Assembly: GCA_025999395.1 (NCBI GenBank)
Contig: AP024682.1
Location: 2,105-66,104 of the forward strand
Direction of reading: 5' to 3'
DNA: 64,000 bases
DNA from: Candidatus Parcubacteria bacterium
GTDB lineage: Bacteria; Patescibacteriota; Minisyncoccia; UBA6257; JAGOQP01
The position numbers were made by a program, and so were the translations under genes. Position 1 is the first letter of the stretch; every line of letters starts with the position of its first letter. This document shows, in pieces, positions 1 through 12,597 of the stretch. Below the pieces are notes generated by a model that saw nothing but the letters and a program-made list of their open reading frames with translations, made no database searches and was not told the origin of the DNA.

Positions 1-371
1 CACTCTTGATAAAGATAGTCTTCCTTTTTCACTTTATCTTTCTTTTCTCTTTTCCCCTTAATAGTCACCGACTCCGGAGAAATAGAAATATCCAAATCCT
101 CCGGCTCAACGCCTGCTACTGCCGATTCAATAACCAAATGTCGATCATCTTCATAAACATCAATTGTTAACTGCCCTTCAACTTCTTCTTCTAAATCGCC
201 CTCAGAAAAATCGCTCACTAATTGAACCTCTTTCTCGCTTTCTTCCACTTCCAAGGAAGGAGAAAAACTATTTTCTTCTTCAAAAAGATCTTTTTCTTGA
301 GACTCTTCTTGAGATTCTTCTGAAATTACTCCAGCTAATTTTTCGAAAAATTCTTTATTGTTGTCAGCCAT
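1..371 (-). CDS. Hsp20/alpha-crystallin family small heat-shock protein (3' end truncated by window edge)
   Basis: Own translation of the minus strand from the ATG at 371-369: MADNNKEFFEKLAGVISEESQEE...GQLTIDVYEDDRHLVIESAVAGVEPEDLDISISPESVTIKGKREKK. This matches the alpha-crystallin domain pattern. Absent from the ORF track because it runs off the window. Confidence 0.6.
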   Translation of the reverse strand, partial: MADNNKEFFEKLAGVISEESQEESQEKDLFEEENSFSPSLEVEESEKEVQLVSDFSEGDLEEEVEGQLTIDVYEDDRHLVIESAVAGVEPEDLDISISPESVTIKGKREKKDKVKKEDYLYQE

Positions 372-452
372 ATGTTTTTATTCTAACAAAAAATAAAAAA
401 TAAATCTAACTTCTTGCTTCTGATATTTTAGCAAATATTTAAGAAGATGTCT

Positions 453-1130
453 TTAGGCAACCTTTTTTAGTTCTTCAAAATCATAAAGAACAAAAAAGCC
501 TAGAATAGCCAAAAAGGCAATTGGATAGACCAAAAAATCACTGAATTTAAAGACTAAGTAATTAAAAATAATATGAAAAAGAGAAGCCAAAACTAACCCA
601 GCAAAAATAAGCTTTCCTTCCAAATTAAACCTTATCCCCCGCGCCCAATAATGGCCCACAATAGCTGAGGAAAGAGCGTGAAGCAAGTTAGCGCCCACGA
701 ATCTAAAAAGAATAGTTGAAAAAATAGACTCTGGATTAGCAGAAAAAACTAAAAACAAATTTTCGACAGTAGCAAATCCCAAGGCACCAGTGACCATATA
801 AACCATCGCATCAATTGGCTCATCAAAATAAGGACTTCTTCTTACCAATAAATAAATGAAAAAAAATTTCACTACTTCTTCCACTATTCCAAATCCTGTA
901 AAAACACTCAAATTTTCTTCTGCTAATCGCGGTAAAGTAAAGACAATTTTTTCTAATAGTGGTTTAAGAAGAATTTCCAAAAGGAGAGCAAAAAAAGCCG
1001 AAAGTCCTCCAAAGATAAACGCCTTAACAATAAGCCGACGCGGTTCTGGATAAATATCTTCTCTAAGAAAAAAAGCCAACCAAATTAAGGTGGGAATAAA
1101 TCCCAAAGCTAAAGCTACAGCAATAGACAT
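453..1130 (-). CDS. polytopic membrane protein, PrsW-like intramembrane protease family
   Basis: 225 aa with multiple TM helices. Motifs GFATVENLFL and LLHALSSAIVGHYWARG resemble PrsW-protease family signatures. Confidence 0.45.
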   Translation of the reverse strand: MSIAVALALGFIPTLIWLAFFLREDIYPEPRRLIVKAFIFGGLSAFFALLLEILLKPLLEKIVFTLPRLAEENLSVFTGFGIVEEVVKFFFIYLLVRRSPYFDEPIDAMVYMVTGALGFATVENLFLVFSANPESIFSTILFRFVGANLLHALSSAIVGHYWARGIRFNLEGKLIFAGLVLASLFHIIFNYLVFKFSDFLVYPIAFLAILGFFVLYDFEELKKVA

Positions 1131-1240
1131 AAATTAAGTATAAAGTACCCCCCTTTTTGAGACAAGGTTTAAAGAGATTACTAATGTGATAAGAAAAAAT
1201 TGAGATTTATTCCTGATATAAATCGAGATAATTACTGCAT

Positions 1241-1678
1241 CTACTTCTGTTCCTCCTTAATTTTTTTCAAAATCAAAGGCAATTGCCGGCTTATATTAGA
1301 TTTGTTAACAATGAAAGCTTGAGCTCCTGCCTGTTGAGCAGATTGTTGAATAAGTTCATTGGGTTCCTGAAGACTACTGATGGCAATAATAAAAATCTCG
1401 TTGTTTTTCTGAGCTATTGATTTAGCAATTTCGTCTCCTTTTATTTTGTTTTCTCCCAGATCATAATCAATCGCTACTGCATCTGGTAATTCTTCTTCAA
1501 GATGTGCTAAAGCGCTTTCTCCATCAGGAAAATATTGAATCTCAATTCCGCTTACTTCAAACTTTAACAAGCGCTGAATTGCTCTTGCCATCGCTTCATC
1601 ATCGTCAATTAGCCACAACTTAAGATGAGGCTTTTCTTTCTGTTCTTGTACTTCAGGACTAAATTTATTTTCCGACAT
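1241..1678 (-). CDS. stand-alone response regulator receiver (CheY-like) domain protein
   Basis: 145 aa. LWLIDDDEAMARAI...DAVAIDYDLGE...K pattern of the receiver domain (acidic pocket DD, phospho-acceptor D, conserved K). Confidence 0.6.
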   Translation of the reverse strand: MSENKFSPEVQEQKEKPHLKLWLIDDDEAMARAIQRLLKFEVSGIEIQYFPDGESALAHLEEELPDAVAIDYDLGENKIKGDEIAKSIAQKNNEIFIIAISSLQEPNELIQQSAQQAGAQAFIVNKSNISRQLPLILKKIKEEQK

Positions 1679-1708
1679 ACTAACTGATTATTAGACTAAT
1701 TTCTAAAA

Positions 1709-3952
1709 TTACCACTTCTCTATCATCAAAAATTCTTTTTCTTTTTTAGGAAGGCGTTGGTAAATGGCTTCGGTAACAAAGGGCATAAAAGGATGAAGCA
1801 TTATTAAAGATTGATAAAGAATAAAATAAAGCAAAAGAGCGGAAGAATTTCTTTCCTTTTCATTATCACCGCTAAGGATTTTTTTCTTTCCCTCGATAAT
1901 TTCATCCGCGAATCTATGCCAAACATAATGATAAGCAATTTCCGCTGCTTGAGAAAAGCGGAATTTTTCTATTTCCAAAGCAACTTTCTTTTTTATCCCT
2001 TGGAACTCTTTTAGTAATTTTTTGTCTTCTTTCTCAAGCTTTGAAAGATTCTTCCAAAAATTGCCTTTTTGAGAAATTATCTGATCTAACAAAGATTCAG
2101 TTGAAGAAATAACAAATCTCGCGATATTCCACAATTTGTTTGAAAAATTGCGATAGCCTCTAATTTTATTTTCATCATAGATAACATCTTGACCGGGAGA
2201 ATTACCTACTACCAACGCCATTCTTAAAGCATCGGCGCCGTATTGCTCAACTACCCCTAAGGGATCAACAACATTTCCTTTTGATTTGGACATTTTTTGT
2301 TTGTCTTTATCTCTTACCAATCCATGAAGGTAAACCACTTTAAAAGGAACTTTGCCAGTAACATAAAGCCCCAACATAATCATTCGCGCTACCCAGAAAA
2401 AGAGGATGTCATACCCCGTTTCCATAACACTAGTTGGATAAAAATCCTTAAAATCAGAGCCATTTTTTGATTTTTGAGCCATTAAAGTTGCGAAGGGCCA
2501 TTGTCCTGAAGAAAACCAAGTGTCAAAAACATCTTCCTCTTTCTTCATCACACATTTTTTACAAAAAGGACAATGATTGGGTTGATCTTGAGAGATCACA
2601 AAGTTTTTTTCGTTTTCCTGACAATACCAAACTGGAATAGGAATCCCCCAAACAATTTGTCGAGAAATATTCCAATCGCGGATATTTTTCATCCAATGAA
2701 AATAAATCTTTTCTTGAAATTTAGGAATAATTTTAATCTTGCCTTTCTTTACTGCTTCAAGAGCAGGCAAAACCAACTTTTTCTTAGCTTGAGGGCTTGA
2801 AAGATCCAAAAACCACTGATCCAAAATTCTTGGCTCAAGAGGAGTTAGACACTTGTAGCACAAAGAAATGTTGTGTTTATAATCAAAATCAATCTTTTCT
2901 ATTAATCCCAAAGATTGCATATCGTTGGCAATAATTTCTCTCGCTTGAGAGATCTTGAGACCGTGATACTTTTGAGCTTTTTTATTTCCGGGAAAATGTC
3001 TTAATAAATCTAGTCTCCCAAACTGATCGATTACCTGACAAGGGCCAGCAATTTCATTTTTATGCCTTTTCCACATTTCATAATCATCCGGATCATGAGC
3101 GGGGGTAACCTTTACCACTCCAGTACCAAAGTGAGGATCGACTATCTCATCGGCAATTACTTTTATTTTTCTTTTTCCAATTAAAGTTTCTACTTCTAAT
3201 TCCTGACCGATAAATTTCTGATAACGCTTATCTTTGGGATGAACTGCTAAAGCAGTATCCCCAAAAATAGTTTCTAAGCGCACCGTCGCTACCGTTAAGG
3301 GACCGTATTTTATATAGTAAAGAGAATCTTTTCTTTCCTCATATTTTGTTTCTAAATCAGAAAGCGTGGTTTGATGTTTAATACACCAGTTTACCATTCG
3401 CTTATCTTTATAAATAAGGCCATCTTTATAAAGTTTTTCAAAGGTTTGGTAAACAATTTTGACAATTTCTGGATCAAGAGTGAATTTTTCTCGGCTCCAA
3501 TCGCAAGAAGCCCCCAGTCGCCTGATTTGATCTTCCATATGCTTTTTGTTATTCAAAGTGAAATCCCAAATCATCTGAAAAAGCCTTTCCTTTCCCTGCG
3601 GCTGATTAAGAATTTCAAAGCGACTGGTGCCTTCTTTTTCTAACTTCTTTTCAAAAACTACTTGAGTTTCAAATCCCGCATGATCGGCTCCCGGCAACCA
3701 AAGAGTCCTTTTTCCCTTTAATCGAAAATAACGAGTCAAAATATCCTCCAAAGCAATCATTACCGCGTGGCCAACATGAAGCGAACCATTAGCGTTGGGC
3801 GGAGGCATAATAATAGAAAAATAATCCTTTTTTGATTTTTGTAGAGATCGAGGAAGAAATTTATCCGGATTAAAAAAACCCGACCCTTCCCATCGGTGAT
3901 AAATTTTTTCTTCTTGAGAATGATCGTAAGGTTTTAAAAAATCTTGATTCAT
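1709..3952 (-). CDS. valS: valyl-tRNA synthetase (compact form lacking the C-terminal coiled coil)
   Basis: 747 aa. Class I motifs PPPNANGSLHVGHA (HIGH region) and KMSKSKGNVVDP. ValRS-like DTWFSSGQWPF and WCIKHQTT segments. Confidence 0.85.
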   Translation of the reverse strand: MNQDFLKPYDHSQEEKIYHRWEGSGFFNPDKFLPRSLQKSKKDYFSIIMPPPNANGSLHVGHAVMIALEDILTRYFRLKGKRTLWLPGADHAGFETQVVFEKKLEKEGTSRFEILNQPQGKERLFQMIWDFTLNNKKHMEDQIRRLGASCDWSREKFTLDPEIVKIVYQTFEKLYKDGLIYKDKRMVNWCIKHQTTLSDLETKYEERKDSLYYIKYGPLTVATVRLETIFGDTALAVHPKDKRYQKFIGQELEVETLIGKRKIKVIADEIVDPHFGTGVVKVTPAHDPDDYEMWKRHKNEIAGPCQVIDQFGRLDLLRHFPGNKKAQKYHGLKISQAREIIANDMQSLGLIEKIDFDYKHNISLCYKCLTPLEPRILDQWFLDLSSPQAKKKLVLPALEAVKKGKIKIIPKFQEKIYFHWMKNIRDWNISRQIVWGIPIPVWYCQENEKNFVISQDQPNHCPFCKKCVMKKEEDVFDTWFSSGQWPFATLMAQKSKNGSDFKDFYPTSVMETGYDILFFWVARMIMLGLYVTGKVPFKVVYLHGLVRDKDKQKMSKSKGNVVDPLGVVEQYGADALRMALVVGNSPGQDVIYDENKIRGYRNFSNKLWNIARFVISSTESLLDQIISQKGNFWKNLSKLEKEDKKLLKEFQGIKKKVALEIEKFRFSQAAEIAYHYVWHRFADEIIEGKKKILSGDNEKERNSSALLLYFILYQSLIMLHPFMPFVTEAIYQRLPKKEKEFLMIEKW

Positions 3953-4025
3953 AAAGCTAAAAAGAATTTTACAATTTAAGAGAAAAAAATCAAAAAAAAA
4001 TCTCTTAAATTATTCTAAAACTTAG

Positions 4026-5060
4026 TTAGTAATTTACCTCAACAAAAACTCTGGTTTTTGCAGGATCAACCTGAAGTTTTTCTCGAGCTTGAGAGATTTT
4101 CTTAATTTGCCCAGATAAAAGATTAATTACTGTTTGTCTTGTTAGATCATCAAATTCTCCAGAAGCCGGAATTCCTAAATTATTCTGAAGAGTCATCAGC
4201 GCTTGAGAAGTTAAGCTATCAAAATAACCGGTTGGTTGGCGATCGATGGCTTTGGTTTCTAAAAGAAGCGATTGAAGAAAAGAAACATCTTCTCCCGAAT
4301 CTCCTATTTTTAAAGAGCGGGGAAAAAAGGAAGAAAAATCAAGAGTAGTTAATTGATAAATCTCCCAGTCTTTGGAGAAAGGAATACTAAATTCTCTTGA
4401 TTCGAATTTGGGAAGCTGATCAATAACCGTTAAGGAACCTGCCAAAAGCTCCCCTTCCTTATTAAAAATCAGAGCGTAAACATTTGCCGAACGAAAATCG
4501 TAATGAGATTTGTTATTTGCCTTACCGGTAACATACAAAAAGTTTTCTTTGAAAGTCTTAACTTCGCTAACCTGAATTTCTGGTTTTTCGAATTGCTCCA
4601 AAGAAACCCAGAAAGGATTTTTAATTTCTAATTCAGCGCTAATTACTTCTTCTGGATTAACTTCAATAAAGGGCTTTACTAAATACTTTAAATCTCCTGC
4701 ATAAATAAAAGATTTGCCCTCGAAAGATTTAACCGGTACCCCTAAAGAATTTTTTAAGGTAAGAAGATAATCAAATTGTTTAGCTCCCCAGCCGGGGTTA
4801 GGATTATAAATTTCTGCTACTACTCCTACTCCATTACCAGCTCGAAAAACTTTTGTAAACTTTACTTCTATATTCTTTAAAGACTTAATCTCACAAGAAA
4901 GACAGGGACCGCCGCAATCAATTCCTTCTTCTCCTTGATTCCTTTTTCCATCAAAACAACTTGGCTGAGAAGGAAAAAGAAGACTAATTAAAATCCAAAC
5001 AAAAGCAGAAAAAAAGATAAGAAAACCAATCCCGTAAAGTAATTGTTTTGCTAATCTCAT
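4026..5060 (-). CDS. membrane-anchored protein with C-terminal peptidoglycan-binding (PG_binding_1-like) domain
   Basis: N-terminal TM helix. Cys cluster CFDGKRNQGEEGIDCGGPCLSC. C-terminus GDSGEDVSFLQSLL...GYFDSLTSQALMTLQNNLGIPASGEFDDLT typical of PG-binding repeats. Confidence 0.45.
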   Translation of the reverse strand: MRLAKQLLYGIGFLIFFSAFVWILISLLFPSQPSCFDGKRNQGEEGIDCGGPCLSCEIKSLKNIEVKFTKVFRAGNGVGVVAEIYNPNPGWGAKQFDYLLTLKNSLGVPVKSFEGKSFIYAGDLKYLVKPFIEVNPEEVISAELEIKNPFWVSLEQFEKPEIQVSEVKTFKENFLYVTGKANNKSHYDFRSANVYALIFNKEGELLAGSLTVIDQLPKFESREFSIPFSKDWEIYQLTTLDFSSFFPRSLKIGDSGEDVSFLQSLLLETKAIDRQPTGYFDSLTSQALMTLQNNLGIPASGEFDDLTRQTVINLLSGQIKKISQAREKLQVDPAKTRVFVEVNY

Positions 5061-5171
5061 AAATAAAAAAAAAGAAGAAGTTTTTAAATTACATTAAGTA
5101 TTATATCTCATCTTAAAAGAGAGATAAATGGAGCCAGCTTTTTAGCATAAAAAATAAAAAAAGCTCCATTG

Positions 5172-5286
5172 ATTCCCCGGCGAACCCTACTTTCCCCCAT
5201 AAAGGAGTATCATCGGGGTGCAGTGCTTTCACTTCCTAGTTCGGAATGGAATTAGGGTGGTTCACACTGCACTAAATCACCGGGAA
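5172..5286 (-). rRNA. rrf: 5S rRNA
   Basis: Reverse complement contains CCACCCTAATTCCATTCCGAACTAGGAAGTGAAAC, matching the conserved 5S helix/loop consensus. Terminal helix CCGG.../...CCGGGG. Confidence 0.7.
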
Positions 5287-5471
5287 ATCAATAGAGCCTT
5301 TGTTTTTACTTTGGGTAATTTTCTGCAAAGTGAAGGCAAAGCAGAGAAACTTAAAAGTCAAGATTAATTCGGGCTATTAGTACTCCTCGGCTAAAATCCT
5401 TACGGATCTTACACCTGGAGCCTATCAAGGTCGTCATCTTCGACCGCCCTAGGATGCCTAATCTTGGGGTG

Positions 5472-5504
<33 letters not shown>

Positions 5505-5630
5505 CTTCCGAACATAGCTACCCGGCGCTTCAGCTGGTGCCAAAGCCGGTAGACCAGAGGTTCGTTCAGCCCGGTCCTCTCGTACTAGGGCCAACTCCCC
5601 TCAAGCATCCAACGCCTGCAGCAGATAGAG

Positions 5631-5664
<34 letters not shown>

Positions 5665-6353
5665 GCGTACCACTTTAATTGGCGAACAGCCAAACGCTTG
5701 GGAGCTTCTCCACCCCCGCGCTGTGGTGAGCCGACATCGAGGTGCCGAGCGAGGTCGTCGATGTGGACTCTCGGACCTCACCAGCCTGTTATCCCCAGGG
5801 TAGCTTTTATCCGTTGTCTCCGGCCTTCCTATAAGGAGTCATCTTGTCTTGAATAAAACAAGATGACATTGCCGTCGGGTCACTAAGTTCTGCTTTCGCA
5901 TCGGCGCGACTTGTCAGTCTTGCCGTCAAGCCGGCTTGTGCCTTTACACGTCCAGCCCGATTTCCATCCGGGCTAAGCCGACCTTATAAACTCCTCCGTT
6001 ACTCTTTAGGAGGACAACGCCCCATTGAAACTGCCCGCCAGACACTGTCCCCTGACGTTTTTGCCGTCAAGGTTAGACTCTAAAACTTGGAAGGTGGGTG
6101 TTTCATTGGCGGCTCCATCCACCCCGAAAGGTGGACTTCAAAGCCTCCCCACTACGCTACGCATCCAAGCTCTAAAGCCAATATCAAGCTGCAGTAAAGC
6201 TCCTGGGGTCTTTTCGTCCCGCTGCAGGTACCCCGCGTCTTCACGGGAATCGCATTTTCACCGAGCTCATCCTCGAGACAGTTCTCCAGTCGTTACGCCA
6301 TTCGTGCGCTCCGGAACTTACCCGGAAAGGAATTGCGCTACCTTAGAACGGTT

Positions 6354-7107
6354 CACTTGTGTTATCGCTCCATTACCTTGGAGCTTCTCACGGTCGCCCG
6401 TGAGGTCGGACTATATCATTCCCACATATTGCGGGATCCGGCGTATAGTCTCTGAGGATTCAATTTACGAATCGAGATAGTCGGTTAATGAATATTTTCT
6501 TGTTCGCCCTTTTCCTTCGTTTAATTTTTCACGAAGAAGGAGAATTTTTTTAAACCCTTCTTCTGTTAAATGCTCTCCGCGAGCCATAAGCTTAACTATT
6601 TTTTTAAAGATAGAGAAATTTCTCACTTTCAATCGGGAACGGAATGAAAACTTCTCAAAGAAAGGAATTACTCTTTCGTAAAGCATTTTGTAATTCCTAA
6701 CCTCAAAGTAAGCTACTCCATCCTTTCTTTTCCTTAATCTTCCGGTTCCTAATGATTTTTTCAGAAGGATTAGATTGCTTATGTCTCGCTGAGAGACATT
6801 AAAACTTGGTTCGACTTTCCATTTTAGTTGATAATCAGAAACTTTTTTAAGAGAAACATTGAAGCTTCCCTCTCCATCAACAAAGCCTGCCAGATACCAA
6901 CCCACTTCCTGAGGAACTTTCTTTAGCCATTGATTTGAAGTTGTCTGATTCATAGTTGTGGTTACTTGTGATTCGTAAATTGTCTTTCCTGCGGATTGTC
7001 TCTCCACAAAGATTTTTACTGACACGATGACTAGTCGTGCCGAGTACTTTGCTTCAACGAGACTTTCCCGCATATAGCCGGATTTTATAACTACAGACCG
7101 TTATCCT
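6354..7107 (-). mobile_element. group I intron inserted in 23S rRNA domain IV (near E. coli positions ~1917-1931), encoding a LAGLIDADG homing endonuclease
   Basis: Exon sequence ...GGTAACTAT | AACCGTTCTAAGGTAGCG rejoins to the conserved 23S ...AACTATAACGGTCCTAAGGTAGCG. 5' exon ends in U and the intron ends in G (omega G at 6354). The internal ORF carries LAGFVDGEGSF. Confidence 0.7.
6465..7073 (-). CDS. LAGLIDADG homing endonuclease (intron-encoded; likely true start at internal Met ~6953)
   Basis: Single LAGLIDADG motif WYLAGFVDGEGSFNVSL. Size ~160 aa from the internal Met MNQTTSNQ. Located inside 23S rRNA. Confidence 0.75.
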   Translation of the reverse strand: MRESLVEAKYSARLVIVSVKIFVERQSAGKTIYESQVTTTMNQTTSNQWLKKVPQEVGWYLAGFVDGEGSFNVSLKKVSDYQLKWKVEPSFNVSQRDISNLILLKKSLGTGRLRKRKDGVAYFEVRNYKMLYERVIPFFEKFSFRSRLKVRNFSIFKKIVKLMARGEHLTEEGFKKILLLREKLNEGKGRTRKYSLTDYLDS

Positions 7108-8677
7108 ATAGTTACCGCTGACATTGACGAGGGCTTCGGCCGCTCAGCCGTAAGACAACTTGCGTTCTCTTACGACCGGCAGCTTTAACCTTCTCGCATC
7201 GGTCAGGCGTCACCCCCTATACATCCTCTTACGAGTTCGCAGGGAGCTGTGTTTTTAGTAAACAGTCGCCAGAGAGACTTTAGCTGCGGCCTTGCTTACG
7301 CAAGGCAGGCCTTATCCCGAAGTTACGGCCGCTTTTTTGCCGAGTTCCTTGAGGATGACTCACTCGTTCCCCTTAGGCTTCTCGCCTCACCCACCAGTGT
7401 CGGTTTACGGTACGGGCCTAAGTTCTTTATCCTTAGAAGTTTTTCTCGGAAGCTGGCTCGAGGGACTTCCCTTTGATAAACGCCGGGTCGTCTCTACTCT
7501 GGGACTCGCCATTGAAGGCAGTGTTCCGGATTTCCCAAGAACACGTCCTCGATCAAGAACGCCAAACCATTAAGGCGCTCCCTCTACTCAACTTCGTCAC
7601 TCCATCGGGAAGAACTTAGGGGGCCGGAATATTAACCGGCTGTCCATCAGCTTCGGCTTTCGCCATTGCCTTAGGTCCCGCCTAACCCTTCGCTGATTTC
7701 CATTGCGAAGGAAACCTTGGATTTTCGGGGGTCCGAGTTCGCATCGGACTTGTGGTTACTCATGCCAACATTTTCTCTTCCAAACGCTCCACTCCGCCTC
7801 GCGGCTAGAGCTTCATCGCTGTTTGGAATGCTCTCCTACCCCCATCTCATCAAAGGCAAGAACGCTGACTTACGCCGACCTAACGCTAAACCACACAGAA
7901 AAATAAAAAATTTGTTCCGCGTTAGTCTGCGTTAAGCCTGTGTCTTTCCGCGATCTTGTCTCTGACAAGATGAGTCGTGTCTTCGGTAGTGTGCTTAGCC
8001 CCGGTAAATTTTCGGCGCAGCCTGCCATCTAGTAGTGAGTTGTTACACACTCTTTAAAGGATGGCTACCTCTAAGCCAACCTCCTACCTGTCTCTGGCAG
8101 ACCACTACCTTTCACACTTAGCACACATTTAGGGACCTTAGACGACGATCTGGGCTGTTCCCCTCGCGACTATGGAGCTTAGCCCCCACAGTCTAACTGC
8201 CCGAGCTTTACGTTAGAGTATTCGGAGTTTGACTGAGAAGCCGAGCTTTCGCCCTTTACTTCTCAACCAGTGGCTCTACCCCTCTAACGTTTTTCCCGGA
8301 CGCCAGCCCGAAAGCTGTTTCGGAGAGAACCAGCTATTACCAGGTTCGATTAGCTTTTCACTCCTTACCTCAGGTCATCCGAAGGTTTTGCACAACCCAC
8401 CGGTTCGGGCCTCCTCTTGTCTTTCGACAAGATTCACCCTGCCCAAGGTAAGCTCACCTGGCTTCGGGTCTTATGCGCACCGCGTCATCTTGCTAAAAGC
8501 AAGATGGGCGCCCTTTTAAGACTCGCTTTCGCTCTGCCTCCGCTCCGTAGAGCTTAGACACGCGATGCACATAAACTCGTTGGCTCATTCTTCAATAGGC
8601 ACACCGTCACCCTTGCGGGCTCCGGTTCCTTGTAGGTGTGTGGTTTCAGGTTCTATTTCACCGGCCTCACCGGCCTG

Positions 8678-8714
<37 letters not shown>

Positions 8715-9390
8715 ATCACTAAACGTATTTAGCCTTTCCTGATAGTTCAGGAAGATTCCCTCAGGGCGTTCGTTCCCCGAGGTACTCAAGGATGTATACT
8801 AGGAAGTTCTTTTGTTTTCGCCTACGGGACTTTCACCCTCTTTGGTTCTGCTTCCCAGCAGATTCGGCTAACAAAAGAATTTGTAACTTCCCCTTATCGC
8901 CACAAGCGGATTGATGCCAAGCTTTAGCACCAATCCGCGAGAGCGACAGCGTATACACCTTACAACCCCTTCTTTGTACTAAAAAGTACAAAGAAGGTTT
9001 GGGCTCTTCCCTTTTCGCTCGCCGCTACTGGGGGAATAACGATTGTTCTCTTTTCCTCCGCTTACTGAGATGTTTCACTTCAGCGGGTTTGCCTCTGCCA
9101 ACTTGAGATTGGCAGATAACTGCGGTTTACGCAGTTGGGTTGCCCCATTCGGAGATCCCCGGATCACAGGTTGCTACGCACCTCCCCGAGGCTTATCGCA
9201 GCTACGCCACGTCCTTCATCGCCGTTTAGTGTCGAGGCATCCACCACACACCCTTAACCTAATCTTGACTTTTCAAGTCCTCTGCTTTTACCTTCACTTC
9301 GCAGAAAACTACCTTTATACCTGCGCTCTTCAATTTTCAAGGTTCTAAGATACTTAGTAGATTCTTTACCCTTGGGCAGATCTCCTGAAA

Positions 9391-9424
9391 TAAAAATCCG
9401 CCTTCAAGGGCGGATAAGCGAACT
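9391..9424 (-). terminator. rho-independent terminator (minus strand), upstream of the 23S promoter region
   Basis: Minus-strand ATCCGCCCTTGAAGGCGGAT hairpin followed by TTTTTATTT. Confidence 0.45.
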
Positions 9425-9639
9425 GCAAAAAGAAGCGCTTTTTCGCTCATCCGCTTTGGAAATTTACTAAGTATCTCATAACAATAAGGATTATAAGAAA
9501 AACTTGTAAAGATTGTCAAGGCTTACTTAAATAAACTCTTCTTCACCCTAATTTTAATCAGCAAAAACAAAAAATTGGCTTAAAAGATTTTTTCATTGGC
9601 TGAAGGTGTTTTTATTAAAAAAATCTTTAAAACGCCTCT

Positions 9640-10205
9640 TTAGAAATCTTTCTCAATATTTTTAAAAAGAATCCAAAAAATCAAAGTCAATATTAAGGAA
9701 ACAAAAAAGCCCAATAAGAAAATATCTTTTAATTGAAGGGAAGGAGTAATAAATTCAGTTTTAAAATCATTTGAATTATTCGTGCTAGTTTCTTCTTTGA
9801 GAATCAAAGAATTGATTTTATTCTCAGAAAAAATCAGCCAATGATCTTTCTTTTAAAGGAAGAAAAATCACTTCTCCGCTCAAAGGATTTTTTCTCACCA
9901 AAATATCCTCGCCCACTCTTTCTTGATAAACCAATTTATCAACCAAATTATTTTTTTTCATCATAAAGAAAAAGAGTTTCTTTAGTGTTATTTAAAGAAA
10001 TTTTTGTAGTTGAATAATTTAATATCAAAGAGCCATAAGGAGAAAGAGTTTGATCATTAATCAAAAAACTTTTTCCAGAAGCATCCGCAACTCGCCAGCC
10101 ATCAAGAGAAATTTGAGAATTCGATTGATTAGAAATTTTTATGTATTCCCCCTGAGCGTCGTCTCCTTTGGGATTAGGAAAAAACTTCCGAGATAAAAAC
10201 CATAG
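9640..10205 (-). pseudogene. lamin-tail-domain (LTD) protein gene, broken into three frames (shift in an A8 run near 9963-9970)
   Basis: Own translation: MVFISEVFPNPKGDDAQGEYIKISNQSNSQISLDGWRVADASGKSFLINDQTL...TKETLFLYDEKK, then a +1 frame NNLVDKLVYQERVGEDILVRKNPLSGEVIFLPLKERSLADFF, then another frame ending in the TM helix IFLLGFFVSLILTLIFWILF. Confidence 0.4.
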
Positions 10206-10258
10206 CTCTATTTTCTAAAGCCGATTTTTTCTAAAAAATTTCTTTTCGTCCCATATTT

Positions 10259-12294
<2,036 letters not shown>

Positions 12295-12597
12295 TTAGGG
12301 CTGTTGCTGCTCAAGAAAAACACCAAAGGCCCGAGAGACTTTCCCTGATTTCCCTACTGATTTTATCACTTCATAAACGCCATCAGTAGAGGTAGCAACA
12401 CTCACTGTTGATCCATTGCTTAAAGAAAGATTGCAATCAATCTGAGGATCCTTAATAATTTTATAAAAATAACACTCTACCCCTGAATCTGCCGCATAAA
12501 TAGCTTCAGCTGATCGGATAACATCACCTCCAGTTTTAATCTTTTCCAAAGAGATAAATCCGGCAATTGTAGTAATACCCAACATTGTAGCTCCCAA
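12295..12597 (-). CDS. hypothetical small membrane protein; an upstream overlapping frame (MRKEKNIFGFLKTDFLNNKGQAVLMVVLVFG) suggests a 5' frameshift
   Basis: 100-aa ORF starting at a non-ATG codon with hydrophobic N-terminus TMLGITTIAGFISL. Part of the pilus gene cluster. Confidence 0.3.
   Translation of the reverse strand: MGATMLGITTIAGFISLEKIKTGGDVIRSAEAIYAADSGVECYFYKIIKDPQIDCNLSLSNGSTVSVATSTDGVYEVIKSVGKSGKVSRAFGVFLEQQQP

Noticed and set aside
164-403. 79-aa plus-strand ORF at the window start
   Set aside because: It is antisense to a well-supported Hsp20 coding sequence on the minus strand (1..371).
1811-3643. Plus-strand ORFs (1811..2014, 2573..2800, 3371..3643) inside valS
   Set aside because: They are antisense to a strongly supported class I aaRS gene and have low-complexity AT-rich translations.
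9520-9640. Possible 16S rRNA remnant or tRNA upstream of 23S
   Set aside because: No 16S signatures (e.g. GTGCCAGCAGCCGCGGTAA) or cloverleaf-capable sequence. The region is AT-rich intergenic sequence plus LTD pseudogene fragments.
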